Origin: a virus
Lineage: Duplodnaviria; Caudoviricetes
Virus record (IMG/VR): IMGVR_UViG_3300007643_000273
Span: 1-47,292 of that record
Strand: one strand, 5' to 3'
Length of the DNA stretch: 47,292 bases
Every line of letters starts with the position of its first letter. Position 1 is the first letter of the stretch. Shown piece after piece: positions 35,641 to 45,190 of the stretch. The position numbers and the translations under genes are program-made. The notes beneath the pieces were generated by a model that made no database searches, was not told the origin of the DNA, and worked only from the letters and a program-made list of their open reading frames with translations.

Positions 35641-36525
35641 CTATTCGCCCAATTCATACCGGTTACGGCAAGCCTCGAATACCGCTTGACGCTCTGCCGT
35701 TGTCATCGCCGCCAGGCCCTTCGACCAGTTCGCAACCCGACGTTTGATACGTTCGCGTTCTCTTCGGCCGCTGCCAACGAAACGGACGTCGTGGTACCGC
35801 TGTGGTGGTTCGAAGTTCATCCACACCCATTCGGTGCAAGGTTTGCCGGCACGATTCACGGTATCGATAGAGATCGATCGAGTGCCGCTTAAACGTTCGG
35901 CATAGTACTCGGACCAATAACCGCTGAGCATCGCAGGGCACGGCAACGCCAGAAAGAGATCGATCAATTTTCCGTGATCCGCTCGGTGTTTGTAGTAATG
36001 CTCAAAACCAAGGTACGGAGGATCTAGATAAACTAAATGCCGATCAAACGGAAAACCGCCGAATGTGGCGGCTAGGTACTCGCCGCTTGATAGGTTGGCG
36101 TTGCCGGCATTGTCGCATGATTCAGCGTCACCGGCCGCCGTCGCCTTTTTATGTGCCGCTGCAGTGCCTCCGTTTTGTGCGACCGGTGATGAACCTGCAG
36201 GACACGACGCCGAATAAGATGGCGGTCGACCGCCTCCGCATCCAGTGGCGTTGGCCAATGCCTCCGAATCCTGCGACCCCACCAGGTGAAAGTAACCGCA
36301 GAGCCATGCCAGAGAATCGCATTGAAACATCAACGCAGATCCCGCGCCGCTTGAAATCGCGTCAGGATCCAGATCGACGCCGACCGTTATTGCCGCCGGC
36401 CGTTTCTTCTTGGCGATCGTGCCGCGTCCCCAGAATGCTTCGATGTAAACGTCGTGCTCTGGCATCTCGGAAACTATCCGCTGCCAAACTCCCGACCCGC
36501 CCTTTGTGCCTGTGAGATTGCTCAT
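35641..36525 (-). CDS. DNA adenine methyltransferase (Dam/D12-like) with low-complexity insertion
   Basis: G.KGG...YIEAFWGRG motif I; VYLDPPY motif IV; MLSGY; EWVWMNF. Confidence 0.8.
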   Translation of the reverse strand: MSNLTGTKGGSGVWQRIVSEMPEHDVYIEAFWGRGTIAKKKRPAAITVGVDLDPDAISSGAGSALMFQCDSLAWLCGYFHLVGSQDSEALANATGCGGGRPPSYSASCPAGSSPVAQNGGTAAAHKKATAAGDAESCDNAGNANLSSGEYLAATFGGFPFDRHLVYLDPPYLGFEHYYKHRADHGKLIDLFLALPCPAMLSGYWSEYYAERLSGTRSISIDTVNRAGKPCTEWVWMNFEPPQRYHDVRFVGSGRRERERIKRRVANWSKGLAAMTTAERQAVFEACRNRYELGE

Positions 36526-36692
36526 TGCTCATTAGTAAGAAGCCAGCTAACCGCGCTAAGAATCAACATTACAGCGGCGAGAATGACGAACGCAATAGCC
36601 CAGCAAGCGATCGCAAGAGACCGCTCGAAGCGGCAAGAGCAATCGCCGTTGTAACACCATTGGCCGCATTTCTTGCATTCAAATTTCGTCAT
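36522..36692 (-). CDS. Small Cys-rich membrane protein (56 aa, not in the ORF track)
   Basis: MTKFECKKCGQWCYNGDCSC plus TM segment; SD AGAGGA; ATGA overlap with the methylase start. Confidence 0.55.
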   Translation of the reverse strand: MTKFECKKCGQWCYNGDCSCRFERSLAIACWAIAFVILAAVMLILSAVSWLLTNEQ

Positions 36693-36702
36693 CGAATCCT
36701 CT

Positions 36703-37112
36703 TTATCGTTTACGGATCAACTCTCTCAACGTTTCATAATCGGCATCGTGTTCGCGGTTCAGCTTTTCGATCTGCTCTTCCTGCCGTTCGATGTTTCGCC
36801 GGTTGGTATAAATTTGCTCTCCGGCAATATTCACAAGGAACAGCACCGCATTGAGGGCAGCGAAACGCTTTGCACGTAAAACTATATTCTTTCGGCACAC
36901 CGGTCAGCGCGCAGCTCTTCGCGAATTCTCGATGACTGCCGAGAATCTTCATCGAGTCGCTCAATTCGGGCCACCATCAACTGCGTGCAACCCAACCGCC
37001 TCGAGATCTGGCCAACGTTCATCTTTTGATTGATCAGCCAGATAACCGCCGCAATCAGCTCGCGGGTCATCTTCGTATTCCAATCGATTTTAACTTTGCG
37101 TTCAGAAGCCAT
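36703..37112 (-). pseudogene. HTH plus zinc-ribbon regulator apparently split over three reading frames
   Basis: HTH frame stops at 36882; RCPQCG..PCEYC is in a second frame; a coiled-coil tail ends at 36703 in a third frame. Confidence 0.4.
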
Positions 37113-37602
37113 GCGTTTCGTTCCTCTTACTTCCAAAAACATGTAGCCAAGTCGCGTTCGAAATTTCTCTTAGCAGATCATCGCGCGAGTTCACAACGCG
37201 CGGTGGCTCATCGTATTCCTTCAATCGCTCAAATTCGTGCGGTAGAGAGCAACCGCTGTTTACCTGGGGCTGCATCTTTTCGATATCCAATTGAATCGCG
37301 TCAACGCCACCGATGCGGCAACGTCGCCAGTTGACCACGAAGAAAACCTCAATAGCGTCGCATGGTTCGAGTTCGCTAGTAACGATCAAAATCGAGTCCG
37401 CCAGGCGACCTCTGCGAGAAGATCTCCAACTACGCCACAACCTCACGAACACATCGCACATCGAACAAAACAAGAGCGCTATCGCCGTCACGATGATCTG
37501 AATGCCGAGCACGAATAGAGCGTGGTAGATTCCGTCAAAATAGGTCGCAATCAGAAACAACGCACCTGTGAGCGTCACCAACATGATCCAACAATATCTC
37601 AT
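37102..37602 (-). CDS. Hypothetical membrane protein
   Basis: Two N-terminal hydrophobic segments; ATGA overlap. Confidence 0.55.
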   Translation of the reverse strand: MRYCWIMLVTLTGALFLIATYFDGIYHALFVLGIQIIVTAIALLFCSMCDVFVRLWRSWRSSRRGRLADSILIVTSELEPCDAIEVFFVVNWRRCRIGGVDAIQLDIEKMQPQVNSGCSLPHEFERLKEYDEPPRVVNSRDDLLREISNATWLHVFGSKRNETHGF

Positions 37603-38555
37603 CGCCCTGCCTCACTCGTTTGCGGTTGACCCAACTCTTTCGCCAGCACGCGTTCGATCATGGCGGCAACACGCTCCGAATCATCAAACCAGCCGTCACG
37701 CTTCGCAACTCGGCAAACTTGCGATTCGACTTGCACGCGAACCGTCGCGGGATCTCGCCGGCGGCGGCGTGGTTGTCCCCCTGAAACTTGCGGCCAGTAG
37801 CCCGCCTGCCAGTTGCGATGACCGCGCAACAATCGCCAATAAAGATCTTTCGCCTCGTAGTCGCTACGGTGAGCCCGGTAGTGAGCGACGACGGCAGACA
37901 CTGCCGCCGGCGTGAGTCCGTTTTGCTTCGCTTTGTCGATCGCCTCTGACCAGGCTGCAATCTCTCCCGCAACTTCCGCCGCCGCCGCCTCCCAATCAGC
38001 ATGATTGTTTTCGTGCTTTGGAGTTGTTGGAGTTGTTGGTGGTATTGGTGGTAATAGTACATTTTGATTTGTCGTGTCGGTTGTCGTACTTGTTTTCTGA
38101 CTAAAACGGTTCGTAAACGAACCGCTGGAGCGATCCTCCGCATCGTTGCGTTCATCAACAAGCATCAAAACCACCTCCGTATAGACCCAATCACGCAGGC
38201 CATAGCTCGCTTTCTCTTTCCCTTTGCCGCGACCGATCACAACGCCGCGATTCAAGAGGCCATCTTCCTCTAAACGCGCTGCAGCTCGCGAGAGCGTGCG
38301 CGTCGATGGCTTTTTGCCAAACTGCTTCCGTATGAACGGATCGGCCGCAATGTCGGCCAGCTTGCGTTGCAGAGGCAGCTCATCACCGCGCGTGACCATA
38401 AAGATGAATTTGGCCAACGCGCTCGCAGCGGTGCCATCGTAAATGCCGCGCGTGGCCAGCATCGCCTCAAGGGCCGTCAACGCCTTCCCCAGCGCCGCAT
38501 CGGCCGCCGTCTGTTCTGAATCAATCGCCTGGTAGGGCAAGCGTAGTTGTGACAT
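37599..38555 (-). CDS. Putative replication initiator (winged HTH plus low-complexity linker)
   Basis: PSTRTLSRAAARLEEDGLL HTH; Thr/Pro-rich linker encoded by short repeats; position in the early operon. Confidence 0.55.
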   Translation of the reverse strand: MSQLRLPYQAIDSEQTAADAALGKALTALEAMLATRGIYDGTAASALAKFIFMVTRGDELPLQRKLADIAADPFIRKQFGKKPSTRTLSRAAARLEEDGLLNRGVVIGRGKGKEKASYGLRDWVYTEVVLMLVDERNDAEDRSSGSFTNRFSQKTSTTTDTTNQNVLLPPIPPTTPTTPKHENNHADWEAAAAEVAGEIAAWSEAIDKAKQNGLTPAAVSAVVAHYRAHRSDYEAKDLYWRLLRGHRNWQAGYWPQVSGGQPRRRRRDPATVRVQVESQVCRVAKRDGWFDDSERVAAMIERVLAKELGQPQTSEAGR

Positions 38556-38581
38556 CGTGTCAGCTTTCGTGAGCTTTGAAA

Positions 38582-38836
38582 TTAATAACCGCCGCCAACA
38601 ATGTCGGCCGAAACCCATGGCCCAGACCATCGCCCGCAATTGATGCACTCGGTGCGTGTTGTAGGAATGCCGGCACCCCAAAAGCTACGGCTATCAGTTG
38701 TGCCGTGTGAAACTTGTCGCGTTGCATCCGGCTGGCCAGCATCACGGCAAACGTTGCATCGATAGGTATTCATCTTTTCCGCGTCGTGATCGTATTGAAT
38801 GGCCGCGCTATCTTTAGGACCGCTTGGTTTCGGCAT
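38582..38836 (-). CDS. Small zinc-binding hypothetical protein
   Basis: CNVC...CINC. Confidence 0.5.
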   Translation of the reverse strand: MPKPSGPKDSAAIQYDHDAEKMNTYRCNVCRDAGQPDATRQVSHGTTDSRSFWGAGIPTTRTECINCGRWSGPWVSADIVGGGY

Positions 38837-38951
38837 CGCTTAATTCCCTCGTTAATATTCGGGGTTGACATCGAGAATTGCATTGCAATTCGCCGCATCG
38901 GCTCGCTTCATGTGAGTCGTTTAATAAATAAAACAAGCGAAGTTTTCATCC

Positions 38952-39371
38952 TTATTTCGAGCTCGCTTTAATGTCGGTGCCTTTGCCACCCGTCCAGCGA
39001 TCGGCAGCCAAACCACATTTGAGATACCGATCTCGGTTGCGAGCTTTGGCGTAACAGCCGCCGCAAGTCTCCCCCAGAGGACCGCTTCCAAGCGGAGCCG
39101 GCACGCAAGCATCCATCGGCAACCGCACATCGCGAGAATGCAGCTCACCGGCGGCGATAAGAGCCCGTTGACAATGGCGACAATTCACCGCCGTCGCTGG
39201 TCGGTAGATTAAAGAACTTTCACGGAGAGGCAACCAACCGCAATATGTGGAGACGTTTACAAACGAGTCACCGATTGTGCTGGGGTTCATCGCGTGAATC
39301 ACCCCGCTTTTATCGTTCCTAGCGCACCGCAGCTCGGGCGGCATATCATCGATTAGAGGTAGCTGGCGCAT
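38952..39371 (-). CDS. Cys-rich phage hypothetical protein
   Basis: CRHC; GETCGGC...YLKCGL...WTGG.GTDI motif. Confidence 0.55.
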   Translation of the reverse strand: MRQLPLIDDMPPELRCARNDKSGVIHAMNPSTIGDSFVNVSTYCGWLPLRESSLIYRPATAVNCRHCQRALIAAGELHSRDVRLPMDACVPAPLGSGPLGETCGGCYAKARNRDRYLKCGLAADRWTGGKGTDIKASSK

Positions 39372-40014
39372 CCGTGCCCCCTTTGCGATCGCTATTCACA
39401 CCCGCCGCCGAGATCCGATAGATCCGAACAATCTGGCAAGCATCCAACACCGTAATATCGTCGCGACGTTTAGTCGCGCCCCGAATTGGTTCACCAATTC
39501 GTTTAGTAAGAACACAAGCCTGCACTGGTTTGCCGTCGCAGTGCTCAACACTCAGCAAGCGACCTGTGAGCGATCCTAGCCCCTTGCGATAAATCATTAA
39601 CGAATCGCCAACGGTCGCATCCTCGAGCGGGATAGAGCTGCTCAACCACCAGTCAAACACGATGTTATCGTCCAGCATGCCATGAGCCTTGAAGCCGCAC
39701 GCTTTTAAGAACAATTGCGCTCGCACGTTGATCTCAGGAATCACGGCAACAATTTGCGGCCGCTCAATGCAGGCGGACAATTGCGCAAGTTCAATGAGCG
39801 TCTTGCCGATCCCCTGCCGCCATAGCTCAGGCATCACCCCACAACTCGCCAGCACTCGGCAAAATGAATATCTCGCAGCATCGCAAAGCATCGCTTGCCC
39901 GACGGTGCGGCGAAACTGAGGCGACCAAGCCGAGATCAATTCCGCCTTGGTGTATTTGTCCCGCATCAAGACCGAGACCGGCGTTTCCTCGCGGTGAATT
40001 TCGATGTTAGGCAT
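39346..40014 (-). CDS. GNAT-like (RimI-like) domain protein
   Basis: V.PELWRQGIGKTLI and N.RAQLFLKACGF motifs. Confidence 0.5.
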   Translation of the reverse strand: MPNIEIHREETPVSVLMRDKYTKAELISAWSPQFRRTVGQAMLCDAARYSFCRVLASCGVMPELWRQGIGKTLIELAQLSACIERPQIVAVIPEINVRAQLFLKACGFKAHGMLDDNIVFDWWLSSSIPLEDATVGDSLMIYRKGLGSLTGRLLSVEHCDGKPVQACVLTKRIGEPIRGATKRRDDITVLDACQIVRIYRISAAGVNSDRKGGTDAPATSNR

Positions 40015-40127
40015 GGCTTGTTTTCTTTATTAAACGAATCGCATGAAGCGATTCGAACCAGCGAATTGACGAATCAATTCGTTTAGTCAAATAGTCCGTG
40101 TGTCAATGAACCAGGAAATTAGGAAGT

Positions 40128-40499
40128 TCAATTGCCGTAGCCACCGTCGCTATCGCAGAAGGCGGTATGTCCGTTTGCGATTCGATTCGACATCGCCGCT
40201 ACCTTCTCCGGTGAACCAGGCGGGGCATTGATCGAAGATTCCGGCGGCGGCGGATCGCCGTTGTAGAAATTGTTTTGCGTGAGCTGAGTCCCGCCTGCTC
40301 CGCCGAGGATGTTGTCGAAGAAATACTTAATCGATTTGGGATCGCCTTCCTTCGCTTTTTTCACGATGCCCTGAATCACTTCCTTCACATCGCCTTCGCT
40401 CACGCCATCGAACACAGCCGCGCGAAGCTTCGCTTGCATTGTTAGCTCTTCGCTCATTGGCGGATCGTTGTGAATTAGTTTGGATTGGCTGTTGGCCAT
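40128..40499 (-). CDS. Hypothetical protein
   Basis: KAKEGD..SIK helix; APPGSPEKV motif; overlaps the upstream gene. Confidence 0.65.
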   Translation of the reverse strand: MANSQSKLIHNDPPMSEELTMQAKLRAAVFDGVSEGDVKEVIQGIVKKAKEGDPKSIKYFFDNILGGAGGTQLTQNNFYNGDPPPPESSINAPPGSPEKVAAMSNRIANGHTAFCDSDGGYGN

Positions 40500-41218
40500 G
40501 TTGACGGCTCTCCTCGTTTAATAGTGAGTGGAATACTGTAAAGATTGACGCTCGTACCTCTGCCTTTGCCAGTCACCGACCGGCGACTTGAAATCACGAA
40601 ACCGCGTTTCATGAGATGTGCCAAGTAACTGCCTTCGGGATCGTTGCTAACGAGACTCTTGCGAGATCCCTTCCACGGCATGCCGATCTCTTTGGCCAGC
40701 TCGCGCCTAGTCATGGCACCGAAATCATAGAGAGCATTTAGCATTTGAACCGCCCGAGGGCGAAGATCCCCCGGCCATCCTTGGGACCGCGCAAACTTGC
40801 GAAACGCTTCGACCCGTAACTCAGCAAGCGACATCAACCCGGCTTCTTCAAGCTGCTGCTTTGTTCGCTCTGCAACTTGCTGCCGCCGATGTTCGCTTGT
40901 TGCGTTGCTCGGCAACTTCATTCTTTTGCGATAATCGCCGATTGTGTGACGCTCGACGCGCCAATCGTGCAGCTCACCGTAAGCGGTAGCGATCTCTATG
41001 TCCGTCCAGCCCAGCGAGTGTTTCTCGCGAATGAATTTCTCTAACGGTTCTCCGTAAATTTTCGGTCGCCGCTTCGTTAGCCCCAAAGTTTGACGGCGAC
41101 GATAAACCATCGACATGCTGTAACCCAGCTCGGCAGCAAGTTCGCGCACCAATCCGGTGTGAGCGATGATCTTTGCATCATCCTCCGCAGTCCATTCATG
41201 GCAAGCCGCTCGAGTCAT
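40475..41218 (-). CDS. Multi-HTH DNA-binding protein
   Basis: WT.EDD...ELAAELG; GWTDIEIA; MTRRELAKEIG. Confidence 0.6.
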   Translation of the reverse strand: MTRAACHEWTAEDDAKIIAHTGLVRELAAELGYSMSMVYRRRQTLGLTKRRPKIYGEPLEKFIREKHSLGWTDIEIATAYGELHDWRVERHTIGDYRKRMKLPSNATSEHRRQQVAERTKQQLEEAGLMSLAELRVEAFRKFARSQGWPGDLRPRAVQMLNALYDFGAMTRRELAKEIGMPWKGSRKSLVSNDPEGSYLAHLMKRGFVISSRRSVTGKGRGTSVNLYSIPLTIKRGEPSTWPTANPN

Positions 41219-41345
41219 GTTGCCTCCGATAATCGAAAAACAAAACAAGCAGCGGAGACGATCGAATCGTTCGCCTTAATGGGCAAAGAGCTACGGAAAT
41301 CCCCAGCGCTCCGCATGCTTGCGACAACAAAGCCAGCGAATTGCT

Positions 41346-42416
41346 TTAGCAATAGTAAGAAAATACGCCTGGCAGCCCTTCGATCGCCGCCGCGATCGCT
41401 CGCCGTTGTGCATCGCCGTTCACATAGTGCCCTTGCGTCACTCGCGAGCTGGTGTGCCCGGCCGACTGTTGGGCGAGCGTCATGCCGTCGGAAGTCTCCG
41501 AGCGATCGAATAACTGCGTAGCATGAAACTTGCGGAAGCCTTGAAACTTCACACCGCGTTGGCGTTGAATCTCGCCGGCCGCCAGAATTTCGTCGAACAC
41601 CGTATCCAGCATGCGCCGATGATGCGGCCAAGGGAACACGATACCGCTGCGCGATTCGCCTTCCGCAGTTTCCGGTGCGATCGCTTCGAGGTGAAGCCGC
41701 GCACGCTCCGATAAGTATTGCCGATGCCCTTTGCGGCCTTTGCTGTTTCGCGCTAACGAGGTAACCATATCGCCGCGAATATCCGACCAGTCGAGGTTGA
41801 GAGTCGCCTTGATGCGGAAGCCGGTATCGCACAGCACCACAACCAGCGCACGCCACCAGGCCGCCGGCTCGATCGACCGCGAGAGATCCCATTTTGAATC
41901 CTCCGACCAGAGCGGCATGCGAGCCTGCGCCGCCGAGCGATAGATCGCCTGTACCTCTTCGATCGTAAAGTCGCCGCCGGGAGCTTCCCGATCGGAAGCA
42001 GGCAACGGCAGATAGGGCGGCATCGAGATAAGTCCCCGATTGCTCTTGTTCGCTTTGTTGGGAAACCGCGGCCCTGCGAAGTTCAACACCTTCTGGATTG
42101 ATTTGAGAATCTTGACGATGTTGCCAATCGAATGTTTTCGGTATTCGCCCGCGAGCCCTCGCCGCCAAGTCGCTTCGGAAAGTTCGCTGATAAACTCGGC
42201 CGCCGTGTCGTCGTCGATCTCTGCCAAAGGTGGGTCGCCCGTTAGGGATTTCCACCATGATATTGCATTCGCATACTCTTCGACCGTCAACTTGCTCAAC
42301 ATGCGCGGCTTGCACCACAACCGTTTGAAGTCGCTTTCGAAAAACTGCGAAAGCGTTAAGCCGCCATCGCCGCAAGAATCGTCGCCTTCGGGCGCAAATA
42401 ATCGCAAATTCATCAT
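41346..42416 (-). CDS. Tyrosine recombinase (integrase family)
   Basis: DTGFRI (R), SKGRK (K), FQGFRK (H replaced by Q, then R), AGH...TQGHY (H, Y). Confidence 0.85.
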   Translation of the reverse strand: MMNLRLFAPEGDDSCGDGGLTLSQFFESDFKRLWCKPRMLSKLTVEEYANAISWWKSLTGDPPLAEIDDDTAAEFISELSEATWRRGLAGEYRKHSIGNIVKILKSIQKVLNFAGPRFPNKANKSNRGLISMPPYLPLPASDREAPGGDFTIEEVQAIYRSAAQARMPLWSEDSKWDLSRSIEPAAWWRALVVVLCDTGFRIKATLNLDWSDIRGDMVTSLARNSKGRKGHRQYLSERARLHLEAIAPETAEGESRSGIVFPWPHHRRMLDTVFDEILAAGEIQRQRGVKFQGFRKFHATQLFDRSETSDGMTLAQQSAGHTSSRVTQGHYVNGDAQRRAIAAAIEGLPGVFSYYC

Positions 42417-42542
42417 CGGATTCCTCGGTCTGCACCGTGTTGTTTATCCGTTGCGATGCAGCTGCCGGCCGTCGTCCGTGTAGATTCAATTTCGCGCGCC
42501 TCCGTGCAACATTAATTACAAAAAAAACATAGACCAGCGATA

Positions 42543-43280
42543 TTATGGATTTCCCGAGAAAACGGGAGTTTTTAATTCGTTTCGCAGATCTTGGATAACT
42601 TCTCTGATAACGGCATCAATGCAAAGTTGAACCTGATCGGGGTACGGCCGAAGCACAAACGATTCACCAACCACATTAAGTTCAAGCGAGCAATGCACTA
42701 GTTGCGTCTGCTCACACTGGCGAAAGACTCGCAGCCGGGGCGAAAGATGCTCGGGGATATCGGCCGATCCTTGAATCGTTGCTTCGACCTGTCGGCCTAG
42801 CGCCTCACGCCCATGCTCGACCGTCGCCTTGCCATCGCTGTTGCGTTTGAACTCCACCGTCCGCACCGCAGGCAACAAGCCATCGACGCCGCTGCCGTGC
42901 AAGTCGTGTTTGAGGAAGCGATGAAATTCCGTTTGATTGAAAGCACGGCCGGATTCCAGATTCGCTACCGTAGAAAACGCATCGGCGAGATCGAACCGCC
43001 AGGTAACGAAATCGCGGCGATCCTCGCGATCGATCAAGAGAATGGCACCGGTTTGATCCACAAATACGACGCCGTTGGTTGCGAACTCGGTAACCGCTTG
43101 CACGAAGTCGTCATACGTTTCGACGTCGTGTTTAATGCGACTTGGTGGAACTTTCACTTCTTGCCAACAGCCATCGGGCAGATTCAAGATCGCATTACGA
43201 TCGCCGGGCAACATTTTGATAGTGGTCTCGTTGTTATTTTTAGCTAGGTCAACGAGGCCATCGAGAAATTCGCGTAGCAT
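42543..43280 (-). CDS. DUF2303/YfdQ-like phage protein
   Basis: FNQ.EF..FL...IPE..; paired with a small upstream YfdP-like ORF. Confidence 0.45.
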   Translation of the reverse strand: MLREFLDGLVDLAKNNNETTIKMLPGDRNAILNLPDGCWQEVKVPPSRIKHDVETYDDFVQAVTEFATNGVVFVDQTGAILLIDREDRRDFVTWRFDLADAFSTVANLESGRAFNQTEFHRFLKHDLHGSGVDGLLPAVRTVEFKRNSDGKATVEHGREALGRQVEATIQGSADIPEHLSPRLRVFRQCEQTQLVHCSLELNVVGESFVLRPYPDQVQLCIDAVIREVIQDLRNELKTPVFSGNP

Positions 43281-43293
43281 GAGACTTCAATCC

Positions 43294-43665
43294 TTATTCG
43301 TCATCTTCGAAACTGGGAAACGTGTTTTGGTTCGCGTTGTCGTCGCTCAAATCGTTAAACACAACTTGGCACTCTTCGCGACCGTTGTTGTGGCGAATCT
43401 TCCTCAGATCGCCGTTGTAAACTTTGCTTTTTCGCTTCGGGTTGCGCTCGACAATTTCAAATTCGAAATTGACGGTCTCGCAACGCCCTTCGCCATCCAT
43501 CACCGGCGTAAAGTTCAAATTAAGCGATACCTTACGCGCCGCATCGACGCCGGGAAGATCGTCGCAGTGAGCAGCTGCCCGACGTATCGCCTGGTTCAAA
43601 GCTTCGGCAATACGCTTGTTGTCCAGCGCTACGAGGTTTTCGATCTTGAGTTCATAAAGCGGCAT
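43294..43665 (-). CDS. Hypothetical protein (YfdP-like partner)
   Basis: D.P....RKV.L.L.F.P motif. Confidence 0.5.
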   Translation of the reverse strand: MPLYELKIENLVALDNKRIAEALNQAIRRAAAHCDDLPGVDAARKVSLNLNFTPVMDGEGRCETVNFEFEIVERNPKRKSKVYNGDLRKIRHNNGREECQVVFNDLSDDNANQNTFPSFEDDE

Positions 43666-43678
43666 GAGATTCCTTTCG

Positions 43679-43945
43679 TTATTCTTTTTTCCAATGTTGC
43701 TGGCACGCGTTACGCGCCGCGTTAACCGTGCGAAATCGTTTCGGTGGTTTCTGGCTGCCGGTCACACTTCGCCAACAGTTGTCGATGAGAATGCAGGCAT
43801 AGATCGCTTTCGATCCGCCGACGATCGACTCCGAAACGCGATAGCGACGGCCCGCGTTCTTGCTTCTCCACTCGCGAAAGCCGTTCACCTTGCGGCAACG
43901 TTGCGGCCAAACGAGCGTCTCGGTTTTCTTTGCGGTTGCACTCAT
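43679..43945 (-). CDS. Hypothetical protein
   Basis: ATGA overlap; ends FRT..AA..AC..H. Confidence 0.55.
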   Translation of the reverse strand: MSATAKKTETLVWPQRCRKVNGFREWRSKNAGRRYRVSESIVGGSKAIYACILIDNCWRSVTGSQKPPKRFRTVNAARNACQQHWKKE

Positions 43946-44442
43946 GCTGGCGGACTCCACGGCTTCGGTTTCAATTCAGCGGGCAAGTAAAGCGGATGCA
44001 TCGGCGCACCGTGTTTCGAAACGTCGACGCAGTGCAACGGCTTGCCGATTGTGTGGGCGACGTCGAGGGCTCGCTGTGGCGGGCAGTTAACACCCCAGCA
44101 TGCAACTACAAGCCCTGCTTGTTTTGCTCGATAGCTCAACTCTTCATCGTTATCCGAACCGACCGGGAAGTTTGCTCGCTTGAGTTGTTTCGGATCGGTC
44201 GCACGATACGCGTAAGCGTTGAGCATCATCATTCCCGAATAACCCCAATCCTTGGCGAAGCGGATGCAACGGCGAATCGTAGGATCATCGATGGTGGCGT
44301 CCGCTGTCGAAGGGTTCAACCCGACGAACATCACCTGATTAGCAAAGCCCTTCCACTCCCATGCTCGCCACAACCAGTAACGAAATTGACCGCAGGCGGA
44401 GAACTCTGCGCCCATCATCATGTTTTTTGCAACACTGCTCAT
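43942..44442 (-). CDS. DUF1643 family protein
   Basis: FS.CG.FRY.L.R.W, GLNPSTAD...DDPTIRRC, AYRATDP and HPLY motifs. Confidence 0.85.
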   Translation of the reverse strand: MSSVAKNMMMGAEFSACGQFRYWLWRAWEWKGFANQVMFVGLNPSTADATIDDPTIRRCIRFAKDWGYSGMMMLNAYAYRATDPKQLKRANFPVGSDNDEELSYRAKQAGLVVACWGVNCPPQRALDVAHTIGKPLHCVDVSKHGAPMHPLYLPAELKPKPWSPPA

Positions 44443-44984
44443 TGAGATTGCTCCCAGGGTTCGAGCTGAGGCGGTTCCCAATTCCAGAGCGATTGCTTGC
44501 CCAGCATCGGGATCGGTTTGATTCTGCGAACGCGCTGCAGTTCGAAACAAAAAGGCCCTTCGGTGTGTTTGTGCGATCGCACCGGATGATCCTCGGGCAG
44601 CGATCTCAGCTCATGGCACGCCACCAGCTCGGCCACCGCGACCATCGCCCCGAATCGCATATCATTCGAATCACGGTGATCGGCCGGCCTGGCCTCATGC
44701 ATAAACTTCTGGCTCTTGCCAGCATGAATACCGATCGGCCCGCGATACTTCGTTGCCCAAACGCGATTCTCCACCCACTTCGCACCGGTCGCGATGAGGT
44801 GAGCAAACGGCTGGCAGATCGTGAGCGCTCGCATGCGAGTCACGAAACCGTCGTCATCGACTTCCATCCCGCTGGCTCGAGCGATCCCGATCGCATCGGC
44901 ATTACTCAGAACCGAAGCAACAGATTCAACGCGGTAGCGCCCATCGATCCAGAAAACGCCCCAATTGTCGGATTGACCTGACAT
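44439..44984 (-). CDS. ASCH domain protein
   Basis: MRALTICQPFA.LI..G.K.VENR.W.T.YRGP..IHAG...G.Q.LW. Confidence 0.85.
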   Translation of the reverse strand: MSGQSDNWGVFWIDGRYRVESVASVLSNADAIGIARASGMEVDDDGFVTRMRALTICQPFAHLIATGAKWVENRVWATKYRGPIGIHAGKSQKFMHEARPADHRDSNDMRFGAMVAVAELVACHELRSLPEDHPVRSHKHTEGPFCFELQRVRRIKPIPMLGKQSLWNWEPPQLEPWEQSQ

Positions 44985-45190
44985 CAGTTGCCCTCCGTTT
45001 CTTCGCGCAACAACTCCTTGCGATGCTCAACCATCAGTTTGCCGATTTCGATCACCATCGGCTTCGGACTGCCGGCGATCATCGAAGCCACAAAATGACG
45101 CAGCCTCGCTTCATCTTGCGGCGTGTCACAGGCCAACCAAGATTCGACCATCGCGATACGATCTAAAGACTGTTGATTGCTCGGTTTCAT
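44984..45190 (-). CDS. Hypothetical protein
   Basis: Translational coupling at both ends. Confidence 0.6.
   Translation of the reverse strand: MKPSNQQSLDRIAMVESWLACDTPQDEARLRHFVASMIAGSPKPMVIEIGKLMVEHRKELLREETEGN

Noticed and set aside
41215-42489. 424-aa overlapping ORF on the minus strand
   Set aside because: Alternative frame of the recombinase; Arg-rich with no motifs, as expected in GC-rich DNA
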